NCBI GenBank assembly: GCA_040217195.1
Contig: JAVJNR010000006.1
Coordinates: 160,001 to 224,000 of the forward strand
Direction: 5' to 3'
Length of the DNA: 64,000 bases
DNA from: Leptospiraceae bacterium
GTDB taxonomy: Bacteria > Spirochaetota > Leptospiria > Leptospirales > Leptonemataceae
The notes under the pieces are model-generated. The model was given only the letters and a program-made list of their open reading frames with translations, was not told the DNA's origin and made no database searches. Positions 9,861 to 19,490 of the stretch are shown piece after piece (position 1 is the stretch's first letter; each line of letters starts with the position of its first letter). Position numbers and translations under genes: made by a program.

Positions 9861-11387
9861 GTGGGATCTGAAAATAGTAAGAAGGATTTGATTTCACCCA
9901 ATGATGGAAAAATGGCCGATCGGAGGGGCTATCCTTGCTTAATTGTCCCTGTGAGCGAGAAACCCTACCCGGATTCCGAATCTGAACCGGAAAAAGCCGG
10001 AGTCGAATCTAAACCGAAAACAGAATCATTGAACAAGAAATCTACTGAAGGACCCAGATCAGGAATGGCCAGAAGTAGCTCTCTGGGAAGCCTGGTGGGT
10101 GGCCTGGGAGCTTCCCTGGTGGGAGCGTTCTTACGAAAACCCTTTCAGAATGAACAGAAGCGAGCTGGCTTTCTCGAGGAAATGTGGCTCAAGGAAGCCC
10201 GGCGGATGGTGGGAAAGCTTGGAGAATTGAAAGGGGCTGCGATGAAGCTGGGGCAGATGCTCAGTCTGCATGAGCATATTCTGCCACCGGAAGCTGCCCG
10301 AATTCTGAGTCAGCTACAGAAGGCCGCGCCACCCATAGGATTTGATACTATTAATCAGGTCTTAGAAGATGAATTGGGCGAAAACCTGGCTCTTGTTGAA
10401 TTCATTGACCCGGAGCCTTTCGCATCCGCCAGCATAGGTCAGGTGCACCGAGGAAAACTAAGAGATGGAAGCGAGGTAGTATTCAAGGTTCAGTATCCGG
10501 GTGTGGATCGTGCAGTCCGGCAGGACATTAAGCAGCTTCGCTGGATGGCCGGTCCTATGGTGAACTTCATGACCGGTGGATCTGCCGGCCCGATTTTCGA
10601 TGAACTGGAAGAAGTAATGCTCCAGGAGCTGGACTATATTCAGGAGTTACAGAATCTCGAAGAAATGCAGGATCTACTGACCAATGATCCGCATAGAATC
10701 GTTCCCCGTGGTTTTTCTGAATTGAGCTCCCGCAGAGTGCTGACCATGGAATTGGCTGATGGTATGAGTTTTGATCAAGTGCTGCAATCCGATGTAGATC
10801 AAAGTCTGCGAGATCAGTGGGCCCAGGCTTTTGCACGAACATTCGCGCAAGGTGTCTTTTCTCACAGATTCCTGCATGCAGATCCGAACGCCGGGAATTT
10901 CGCATTTCGCAGGGATGGAAGCCTGGTACTGTTCGATTTTGGCTGTATGAAGCGAGTACCGTTTCGTATCTCTCGTGGATATGGCGATCTACTAAGGGCT
11001 GTCTTTTCCGAGGAAGATGAACAGATTCCTGAGATTCTACAAAGGGTAGGTATTCATCGTGCGGATGGAAGGCCTCTGGAGGTATCCCTTTTAAAACCCC
11101 ATGCAGATATCATTCGTCAGGTGTTTGGCCAGGATGGATACACATTCGGCGAGGATCGGGTTCTGTACGACAGGATTCTTGATCTGAGCAGGCAGCAATG
11201 GTTCGATTCTCTGGGCATTAAATTTCCAAGGGAAATTCTATTTATTCATCGCACACTTGTGGGCTATTTTGGCAACTTCAGCCGATTAAAAGCCACCGGG
11301 CCCTGGCGAACGATTCTATTGGAAGCCCTGGAGGATGCTGACCTGGCCGATGGGATTGAAAGGGAGTCTGTCACTGCCTTGAAATAA
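9861..11387 (+). CDS. AarF/ABC1/UbiB family kinase (start uncertain)
   Basis: KGAAMKLGQ, ASASIGQVH, KVQYPG, ELDY, HADPNAGNF, DFG. Confidence 0.92.
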   Translation: MGSENSKKDLISPNDGKMADRRGYPCLIVPVSEKPYPDSESEPEKAGVESKPKTESLNKKSTEGPRSGMARSSSLGSLVGGLGASLVGAFLRKPFQNEQKRAGFLEEMWLKEARRMVGKLGELKGAAMKLGQMLSLHEHILPPEAARILSQLQKAAPPIGFDTINQVLEDELGENLALVEFIDPEPFASASIGQVHRGKLRDGSEVVFKVQYPGVDRAVRQDIKQLRWMAGPMVNFMTGGSAGPIFDELEEVMLQELDYIQELQNLEEMQDLLTNDPHRIVPRGFSELSSRRVLTMELADGMSFDQVLQSDVDQSLRDQWAQAFARTFAQGVFSHRFLHADPNAGNFAFRRDGSLVLFDFGCMKRVPFRISRGYGDLLRAVFSEEDEQIPEILQRVGIHRADGRPLEVSLLKPHADIIRQVFGQDGYTFGEDRVLYDRILDLSRQQWFDSLGIKFPREILFIHRTLVGYFGNFSRLKATGPWRTILLEALEDADLADGIERESVTALK

Positions 11388-11410
11388 AAGAAAAGGGGCC
11401 TTTCGGCCCC
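11386..11410 (-). terminator. intrinsic terminator after dps (between convergent genes)
   Basis: GGGGCC-TTTC-GGCCCC hairpin preceded by an A-tract on the plus strand. Confidence 0.7.
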
Positions 11411-11478
11411 AGCACCCTTTCAGATCTCTCGCCCTGTTTTTCTTTTTTCAGGCAATTTCAATTATTTGTTATTGTTTA

Positions 11479-11955
11479 TCAGGCCAGTAAGCTGCGCAAC
11501 ATCCAGGCAGTCTTTTCATGTATATGAAGACGCTGGGTCAGTAAATCCACAGTGGCCTCGTCGTTTCCATTTTCCGCTGCAGGGAAGGCCTCACGCAATG
11601 TCCGAATCGTGCTTTCCTGTGCTTCCACCAGGTTGGCCAGCATATCTTTTGCCGGTGGAACTTCGCTGTCTTCTTTTATGCTGGTCAGCGCTGCAAAGTC
11701 CTTGTAGCTTCCTGGTGCGTAATGGCCCAGAGCTCGAATTCGTTCCGCGATTTCGTCTACCGAGGTCCAGAGTTCATTGTACTGATCCATGAACATGCGA
11801 TGCAGAGTATCGAACATTGGCCCGGTTACATTCCAGTGATAATTATGAGTCTTTAGATAGAGTGTATAGGTGTCTGCCAGAACCTTCTTCAGTCCCTCCA
11901 CAATCCGGGCTCGATCGGCTTCCGGTATGCCAGTATTCATTGCAGTTACATTCAT
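11479..11955 (-). CDS. dps: Dps DNA protection/ferritin-like protein
   Basis: [46 protein letters not shown] before ATG 11955. Confidence 0.95.
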   Translation of the reverse strand: MNVTAMNTGIPEADRARIVEGLKKVLADTYTLYLKTHNYHWNVTGPMFDTLHRMFMDQYNELWTSVDEIAERIRALGHYAPGSYKDFAALTSIKEDSEVPPAKDMLANLVEAQESTIRTLREAFPAAENGNDEATVDLLTQRLHIHEKTAWMLRSLLA

Positions 11956-12006
11956 CGAAGTTCTCCTTTGCCGCAAAGCGTCTTAATGGGTTTTAGTAAT
12001 TCTAGA

Positions 12007-12023
12007 TTTAGAATAATTCTAAA
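12007..12023. promoter_or_regulatory. PerR/Fur-like operator upstream of dps
   Basis: Perfect 8-1-8 inverted repeat TTTAGAAT-A-ATTCTAAA. Confidence 0.65.
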
Positions 12024-12131
12024 CACCTCTGCCGACAACCATTTTTTGTCCTGGCTTGCCCATAGGACGACACTTTTCTCTGGTTCATTTCAGTGACGGA
12101 AAAACCCTAAAACTCTCTGGATCGTTAAGAG

Positions 12132-15101
12132 GTGCAGTGCTGGTCTGCTACCATGCTGGCTTACGGAGAGCAGGAAAGTCTGCCTGTGGAAATTTTGAGG
12201 GATGAAACTACAGGATTTCCCCTGCTGTCTGAGGCGGATGGTATACTTCAGCTAATTCTGGCCTATCTTGAATTACCCTATTCCGTAACCGAACATGGAT
12301 GCGGTAAGAAGGCCAGTTTGATTATTGATTATCTTCTGAAGTTGGGAATTCCGGCCCATGGTCTGGCCCGCGGTATGATCCTGGAAGCGGACATGTCGCC
12401 GGAAGCGATGGTGGAGACTGACTTTCGCAAGCGTCCTCATGCTCTCGTGGCCTCCAATCCGCTCAATTCTCTTTGTGACCTGGATGATCAACGCCTGGTC
12501 TCGCTGCTTATGGAGACTTGCCGTAGAGTGGATGCCGCAGAGGGAATCATTCAAACCGGTCCTTACATTTTACGCCATGATTCGGAAGTTCAGTTTGTGC
12601 AGGCAAGAAGCCACATTTATCCAATTCTATGGTTCTGGGATCCGGATTCCCGGAAAGCCCGGCGGCTGGTGATCGATCCCAGTCTGGACCGAAGTCAATT
12701 GCTACATCCCGGACGGATGCGTGAATTGCTAAATGCCCGCGAGGCTTTGATGTTTCAGGCCCCTCTGCTTGGCTATTTCCGGCTTGAGACTTTTGCACTT
12801 ACAGAAAAGCAGCAATCCTTCCTGAATTCCCGGTTCAGTCAAGGAGCCACCGATCTAAGCGAATCAGAAGTCCACCAGATTGTTGAGAGCCTTTCGCAGG
12901 ATGAGCATGCAAGTCTCATTCGGGAGATGACCGGAGCACAGGAGAGTTCCCTGGGAGATCCGGCTACCTAGACCTATGCGAATAACCTTCAGGGCTGGGA
13001 TCGCTCCCGGGATAGTGAGCAGGACCGAAACACTGGACGTGCCGATGCTATACGAAACCTGCGAAGAAAACTAATTAAATCAAGAGAGGAGCGTCAGGGG
13101 GATGCCCCCGATTTACGAGCCCAGATTCGTGAGACGGTGGACCATGCTGAAGTCCATAGAGTCTGTGCCGAAGATGCTGCCTGGTCGGCCAGGGCCCTGG
13201 CTCCGCTGGCTGATGTGACAATGACGGCTGTTTACTTCAGTTCCCTGCTGAAACTCGATGCTGCTCTGGAGCGACAGTCAAATCTTCCCGAATACATAAT
13301 CGACCCACAGCATTTGCATCAGATGCGTGGTCTGGGTGTGCGACTGAGGCGAAGAGTGGACTGGCTGGCAGACGCCTCAATGAATTCCGACGGGGAGATC
13401 GATGCCCGCGCATTAAGCGAGCCCTATTTTGACGCTGCCTTTGAGACTATTCGTCAGATGAACTCAGCCGGCCTTTTTGTGGCCATCGATTCAGCGGGCA
13501 ACATCCATGGACTGTACTTGCTCGATGAGGAAGCCTATCGGATTCGCAAATCCGGTGAACTGGGAGACCTGCTACGGGAATCCATCCACCATATTTCGCA
13601 CATTGATTCCGTTAAGAATGCTGGACGATTTGATGGTAGGCTTGGTGTTACAGGAGGTATCGAGGTAGCACATATACTCAGGGATCTGGAGAAATTCTGT
13701 CAGCGTAAAGTTCTAGCCCCGGACAGTGAATCTTCTGTTCGAACTCATGTAAGCGCCCTTCTGGGAGAAGAGATGACATTTACAGGCGAAGGAGTGTCTA
13801 TGCCCGGAAGCTCGGCGCTGACCGGCCAGGCTTCTGTAGAATCGATCTATAAGATGAAAAACCATGAGGGTCAGCTCTTTAAGGATCGTTTTCTGGTGTT
13901 CCTTCGATGGCTGGCAGCCAGACAGGAATCCGGTCAGGTTGTGCTTCTGAACCAATTTTCTGTGGGCGGAAGCGATGAGGAGTTATTAGAATCCTGCTTT
14001 AAGCCCGGAGGGTTTTTCACCAGGCATACTTTCGAGCGTCACATCGAACAGGGCCCTATACTGGACAGGCATTCCGTGCCTATGACTCTAGTTTCCGGGA
14101 TCATGGGGATTCATCAGGAGGATTTTCATTTCCGGGGAGAGAATGCTGAGGCCGCCGCTCTGGACTTTAATAGAAGGTTACGGGAACTGAATCTCCAGAG
14201 TGAATTTACGGAAGCGCGTATTACCGTAGGAATTACCAGAGGAGAGTCGGACTATATATGTCATGAAGATACCCTGGCCATGCGATGGACTCTGGACGGG
14301 GAGCTCAATCATGCCGGTGCCACCGATGTTTATGACAGGAAGGATCCGGGGGTCGCATTAGCCAGATTGGCTCAGGAATTCTACCGACTTGTAGATCGGA
14401 GAAAAGCGAAACAGGATTCCTTGAAACCCCTGGCAGGTAATGTTCGTTTCAATCCAGGAATTAATCGAAATGTTATTCCCGGTTCCGCAAGCATAACTCT
14501 AGCCGTGCGGGGAAGTCTTTCTCGGGATGATGCAGATAGCCTGGCGCAGGAGCTTCAGGGTTTTACAATAGGAACACTGGCCAAGCGAGTCTCTGCTGGA
14601 GGGGAAGGTATAAGGCTTTCGCGTATGGAATCCATGAGTTATATCAATGTGCACGATGGGGCCATGGTCTCGATTGATCTACGAACTGCCACGGAAGAAC
14701 TGACCAACCGAATTCGCAAAGAAATCGACTCCCTGATTTCTAAGCTTCAGAAGGAATTTTCTGTCCGGGCGCAATCGTTGGTCCAGCAGCAGGTTAAGCC
14801 TTTTCGCCTAAAAAAATCGGGACAGGTATTGCTTATGGAAAGAAGTTATGGAGGCAGCCATAATCCTAACGAAGCCGAATTGCAAACAGATCTTACAAGG
14901 GGCACAATTCTTCAATTTCAGGTGGTCTACGAATTACTTCAGAAAAAGAATCTTCCCTCTGGCTTCAATCTTTATAGTTTCACAGAGGAACGGATTCCAG
15001 AAGTATACAGGAAGAATCTCTCGGAGTTCATTTCCGGGGCATTGCACGATACATGTAACATTGCCGCATCTGCAGCGGAGCCCACCCGAACCGGGAATTA
15101 A
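12132..15101 (+). pseudogene. protein-glutaminase-like domain fused to M20 amidohydrolase, interrupted by one in-frame TAG at 12969-12971 (nonsense allele or read-through)
   Basis: ORFs 12132-12971 and 13137-15101 share a frame and 12972-13136 has no stop. N-part: EHGC, SHIYP, VIDPSL. C-part: SHIDSV, GRFDG, GEE, HIEQGP, NHAG, SHNPNE, SGALHD. Confidence 0.75.
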
Positions 15102-15622
15102 TCCGGGCTGCTGGTTTTTAGTAAATACTCCATGATGTCCCTTAGATGCAGGGAACCGGCCAGCGTACCATCGGGATTCATTACAGGCAGAATCTTAATT
15201 ATTTCTCCATCCATCATCTGATGAATGGCATGCGAAAGCGCATCATCGGGCTGACAGAATCGAATGTGCTTTTTCATGATTTCTCCTGCGGTGTCTGCGG
15301 TAACATGATGCAATATTTCTCTGCCCGAATATCGAGCTAACTCACCACGGTATGGGGCACGCTTCATCGGCGGCTGGCTATGGAGATAAAAATCAGAACG
15401 TCTTGTATGCTTCAAATGTCTGGCCAGGTCTCCCAGACTGATCAGCCCTTGGATGCGATGATCGATATCCTCCACGAGTATGATACGATCTTCAGAGAGG
15501 TTGGTCATCTGTTCCACCAGAGACGGTATTGGCAGGTCCTCAGGAACTACAAGCAGCGGCTCCTGCGATCTCCCGGGACCCAGGAGAAAATCTCTGACAG
15601 TTGGTTTTCCATCAATTGTCAT
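15098..15622 (-). CDS. CBS domain protein
   Basis: GLISLGDL, AGEIM, LPVMN...GSLHLRDI; overlaps the antiporter stop. Confidence 0.85.
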   Translation of the reverse strand: MTIDGKPTVRDFLLGPGRSQEPLLVVPEDLPIPSLVEQMTNLSEDRIILVEDIDHRIQGLISLGDLARHLKHTRRSDFYLHSQPPMKRAPYRGELARYSGREILHHVTADTAGEIMKKHIRFCQPDDALSHAIHQMMDGEIIKILPVMNPDGTLAGSLHLRDIMEYLLKTSSPD

Positions 15623-16856
15623 TTTCCGTAACCTTTGCTGTATTGGATAGATCCGCTCGCACCGAATGGGCTTCCCCGGAAAGAATCAATGCTTTGCGAG
15701 TGAAGATCGGACCTACAAGCTCATTTACTGTAGTAGTAGCAATAACTACGCTCAAGAGAATTTCGCTAATGGACTCTGGAAAATCTGCGCGAGCATGGGC
15801 CTGAAGAGCCAGGCCTAGCGCCACACCGGCCTGGGGCATAAGAGCCATGCCTGTGTATTTTCGAATTGCCGGAGAGGCGTTGGAAATTCGACCAGCTAAA
15901 TAAGTCCCGGAAATCTTTCCTGAAATTCGTGCCACAAAGTATACCGCCGCAAGTACCCATGCTGTACCAAGGATGTCCCACTTTATATGAATACCAGATA
16001 GGATAAAAAAGAGGGTAAAGATGATGCTTTCAAAGGAGTCCGATAGGATTGAATACAGCGAATCAAAATGTTTGTAGGTATTAACCAGCATCATACCGAG
16101 CACCATGCAGGCCAGCAGTCCTCCCGACTCCATATAGGTGGCCGCGCCGGAACAAATTAAGATCATGGTAAAGGCAGGAAGTAACATGCTTTTTCGATTC
16201 TGGATTCGCTTGAGTATCAACTGAAGTAGTAGAGCACAACCCACGCCGATCAATACAGAGAGGCCTACTTCACGGAAAGCAGCCCAGACAGATGTAGCCA
16301 GGGAAGATTCATTTCCAAGAAGCATTCCGGCACCCGCTGTTGCTACTGCAAATGTAATGAGTGCAAGACCGTCATCGGCTGCGACGACGGACAGAATAAC
16401 TGTTGTAAGAGGGCCGCGGGCACGTTGCTCATGTACTACAGATAGCGTGGCGGCCGGGGCTGTTGCGCCTGCAATGGTTCCAAGCACCAACCCCAGGGCC
16501 AGAGAAATCTCTAATCCGAGACCCATTTGCCAGGCCACCAGGAAGCTTGCAAGGGACACCAGGAGGACAGCACTGTAGAATTCCCAGAACAGAACTGTTA
16601 TTACCAGTTTACCAAGCTTTCGCAGCCTGCTCCATTGAAGGCTCCCTCCAATTAGAAATCCAATAATGGCCAGCGCTAGATCTACAACTACGGCACTTTG
16701 CTCCAGGAATCCATCCGGTAGTATTCCCAGAGCACCAATGAGAGCGCCGGTTAGAATAAACAGACTTACCCCTGGCAGGCCCAGGCGTTCGGCCAGAAAT
16801 TCGCTTCCAAATCCGGCCAGAAGCAGGATTCCTACCCACAATAGCGGAGTTTCCAT
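15612..16856 (-). CDS. cation:proton antiporter (CPA family)
   Basis: Multi-TM; ATAPAAT, AADD, PQAGVALG, NELVGP. Confidence 0.9.
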   Translation of the reverse strand: METPLLWVGILLLAGFGSEFLAERLGLPGVSLFILTGALIGALGILPDGFLEQSAVVVDLALAIIGFLIGGSLQWSRLRKLGKLVITVLFWEFYSAVLLVSLASFLVAWQMGLGLEISLALGLVLGTIAGATAPAATLSVVHEQRARGPLTTVILSVVAADDGLALITFAVATAGAGMLLGNESSLATSVWAAFREVGLSVLIGVGCALLLQLILKRIQNRKSMLLPAFTMILICSGAATYMESGGLLACMVLGMMLVNTYKHFDSLYSILSDSFESIIFTLFFILSGIHIKWDILGTAWVLAAVYFVARISGKISGTYLAGRISNASPAIRKYTGMALMPQAGVALGLALQAHARADFPESISEILLSVVIATTTVNELVGPIFTRKALILSGEAHSVRADLSNTAKVTENDN

Positions 16857-16919
16857 CAGTTGTACAGCTGCTCCCGCCTTACGGTAGATTCGATAAATTC
16901 ATAATACGAGCTCAAATTC

Positions 16920-18335
16920 ATGTCCGACCTAAAATATACACGCATTATCGCAACCCTTGGACCTGCCAGTCAAGAAGAGCAGCAAATTAGAGATTTGATA
17001 CGCGCTGGAGCCGATTGCTTTCGATTGAACTTTTCCCATGGGGACGGTCCATCCATGGAGCCCTATCTGCAAAAGATACGCAAAGTGAGTAAAGAGGAGG
17101 GAAAACATATTCCGGTTCTCGCAGATATTCAGGGCCCCAAGTTAAGAGTGGGTCAGATGGCTGAAGGAGTGGAACTAAGGGATGGGTCAATGTTTACGAT
17201 TACGAATCGAAATGTTGAAGGAAGCGAAAAGGAAGTGCATTCGCCATACGATAAACTTTCGCAGGATTTGAAACCAGGACATAGAGTACTTCTGGCAGAT
17301 GGAAGCATAGAGCTCACCGTTGAAGCCATCGAAAAACAGGATGTGCTCTGTCGTGTAGTGCACGGTGGCGCGTTGTCTTCAAATAAAGGAATGAATTTGC
17401 CGGATACGGAAGTCAGCGCCAGCACACTTACAGATAAAGATCGCACCGATCTAAATTTTGTTGGCAAATCTGATATTGATCTGGTGGCCATTTCTTTTGT
17501 TCGTCGTCCTGAAGATATCCAGGATGCCCGAAAAGCTCTTGGCGGATCCAGGATACCTGTGCTTGCAAAACTGGAGCGTCCAGAAGCACTAAATCAACTT
17601 AACGAAATCCTGGAAGAAGCGGATGGAGTCATGGTGGCACGGGGCGACCTGGGCGTTGAAATTGAATTCGAAAGAGTTCCTTTTGTGCAAAAACAGATCC
17701 TTCAAAGAGCTTCGGTTCGGGGAAAGTGGGCCATAGTGGCTACCGAAATGCTGCGAAGCATGGTTGATCATAGCAGACCAACAAGAGCCGAAGTGACTGA
17801 CGTGGCCAACGCAGTTCTGGATGGCGCCGACTGCGTTATGCTATCCGAAGAAACTGCCATGGGAAAGCATCCATCCATAGCCATTCAGGCGATGATGCGA
17901 ATCTTAAAGGCCGCTGACTCAGCGGATGCAGTTGATCGAGAAAGATTTGAAGCAGACATTATAAGTTTTGCTGCAGGAGCCGCGGGCGCCGCCGTCAGTG
18001 CGGCTGAAAGACTGGGTGCTCGAGCCATTGTAGTTCTGGCCGGATCTAACGTTACCGCACTGCTTCTTTCCAAGTGGAGGTCCAGAGTGCCCATCCTGGC
18101 ACTATCTGGCGGCGAAAGTACGTTGCGAAGGCTCAATGTACTTCGAGGGGTTATTCCCGTAAAAATTGAAAATCATGCCGGCATGGAAGAGCAAATTCGA
18201 CATGCAGATGCGCGATTGATTGAGGAAAAATGGGCCAGCCCCGGCGATACTATCGTAATAGCAGGAGCTATTCCTCTGGGAGAAGGTAAGGAAACGAATT
18301 CCATACGATTTCACAGGGTTCGTTCTGTTACTTGA
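16920..18335 (+). CDS. pyk: pyruvate kinase
   Basis: TRIIATLGPAS, RLNFSHG, DIQGPK, MVARGDLG, PTRAEVTDVANAVLDGAD. Confidence 0.97.
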   Translation: MSDLKYTRIIATLGPASQEEQQIRDLIRAGADCFRLNFSHGDGPSMEPYLQKIRKVSKEEGKHIPVLADIQGPKLRVGQMAEGVELRDGSMFTITNRNVEGSEKEVHSPYDKLSQDLKPGHRVLLADGSIELTVEAIEKQDVLCRVVHGGALSSNKGMNLPDTEVSASTLTDKDRTDLNFVGKSDIDLVAISFVRRPEDIQDARKALGGSRIPVLAKLERPEALNQLNEILEEADGVMVARGDLGVEIEFERVPFVQKQILQRASVRGKWAIVATEMLRSMVDHSRPTRAEVTDVANAVLDGADCVMLSEETAMGKHPSIAIQAMMRILKAADSADAVDRERFEADIISFAAGAAGAAVSAAERLGARAIVVLAGSNVTALLLSKWRSRVPILALSGGESTLRRLNVLRGVIPVKIENHAGMEEQIRHADARLIEEKWASPGDTIVIAGAIPLGEGKETNSIRFHRVRSVT

Positions 18336-18502
18336 GCTGAACTTGAGTCAGCCGACAGCAAAGCGCTGCTTTCAATAGGCTTCATAGTTGCCCGATGATT
18401 GCATCCTGAATCGGGTTAACCAGGATCTCGTACGGCGGTATTCCAGAGTTTTCAGGGCCGACTCAAAGCGCCGACCCATAACCCTGGCATCCGAGGCCGG
18501 AA

Positions 18503-18712
18503 TCAGTTATTGCTTGCTCGGCCCATGATCATTCCAATGCCACCAACAATAAGTCCACCTACTAGAATCAAAGCAGCGATCCAGGGATTGTCAGTAAGGT
18601 CCATATTTCTATACTGAAGATGAAGATCCCAGATGGAATTGGCCATACTGGCGCCGCCCAGAAAAATACCTACTCCGCCCAGACCGCGGACGATTGATGT
18701 GATGAAGTTCAT
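18503..18712 (-). CDS. small two-TM membrane protein
   Basis: 69 aa with two Gly-rich hydrophobic helices; purine-rich SD-like sequence upstream. Confidence 0.6.
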   Translation of the reverse strand: MNFITSIVRGLGGVGIFLGGASMANSIWDLHLQYRNMDLTDNPWIAALILVGGLIVGGIGMIMGRASNN

Positions 18713-19078
18713 TGAATTACCCCTTGAAGATTATCGAAGTCCAGAGGTTGATATTACTAAACTAATGGGAAAGCGTTTTTTGATTTGAATTAGTGAAAAT
18801 TGTGCGGTCATAGCAAAAAGATCAATTTGCGCAGGGGACTGGGTATGCGATGGTTTGCACCAGAGCCTGGGCTTCTGCGATGGTATCGCTCCTGGACCCG
18901 GCACCTTCGGCAAATCGCATGAGGCAGACCGAAGAGGGGCCATAGCCTGGAAGGAAGATACACTCCCTGGCAAGGCACGATGTGGCAGTAGTTTTTCTAA
19001 ATGGCCTCCTGGCCTGAGAGAACAAAAGGGCCGAAGTTTACAGAATTGGGGGGTCTTGCGCTCAATGGAGTATCCAAT

Positions 19079-19405
19079 TTATTGATTGTCCATTCTTGGG
19101 AACTTTCCATGAAAATCATCAGCCGCGAATTGTTCAAAGTTTACCAGAAGGTTTCTGATACTCGGCTCAGGAGTTTCGGACGATGACTTGTAGCTTTTTA
19201 ATGACCGCAAAGCCAGGGCCCGGGCTCCGTTCATGTTCTTTCTCTTCACGTGCTCCAGAGAGGCGGCCAACTGAATCAATGCCAGATGAAGCGAAGGCCG
19301 GGGCCTACCATGCTCAATCCAGATTTCTTCCATCAGTTCATGGGCATCATAGAATTCTTGCGAATTGATCAATTCCTGAAAACCAATGAATTGTTCCGAT
19401 AGCAT
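19079..19405 (-). CDS. DUF309 family protein
   Basis: FYDAHELMEEIW, LIQLAA, GA motifs. Confidence 0.85.
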   Translation of the reverse strand: MLSEQFIGFQELINSQEFYDAHELMEEIWIEHGRPRPSLHLALIQLAASLEHVKRKNMNGARALALRSLKSYKSSSETPEPSIRNLLVNFEQFAADDFHGKFPRMDNQ

Positions 19406-19490
19406 ATAGGTCTATGACATCGAGGATAGCAGCATTTAGCAAAGAATTTTCTTTTGCGAACCAGGATGAAATGGAGTCGCTTACGGCTTT

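Noticed and set aside
18713..19078. Short overlapping ORFs or ncRNA in the intergenic gap
   Set aside because: No recognisable protein motif or convincing RNA structure
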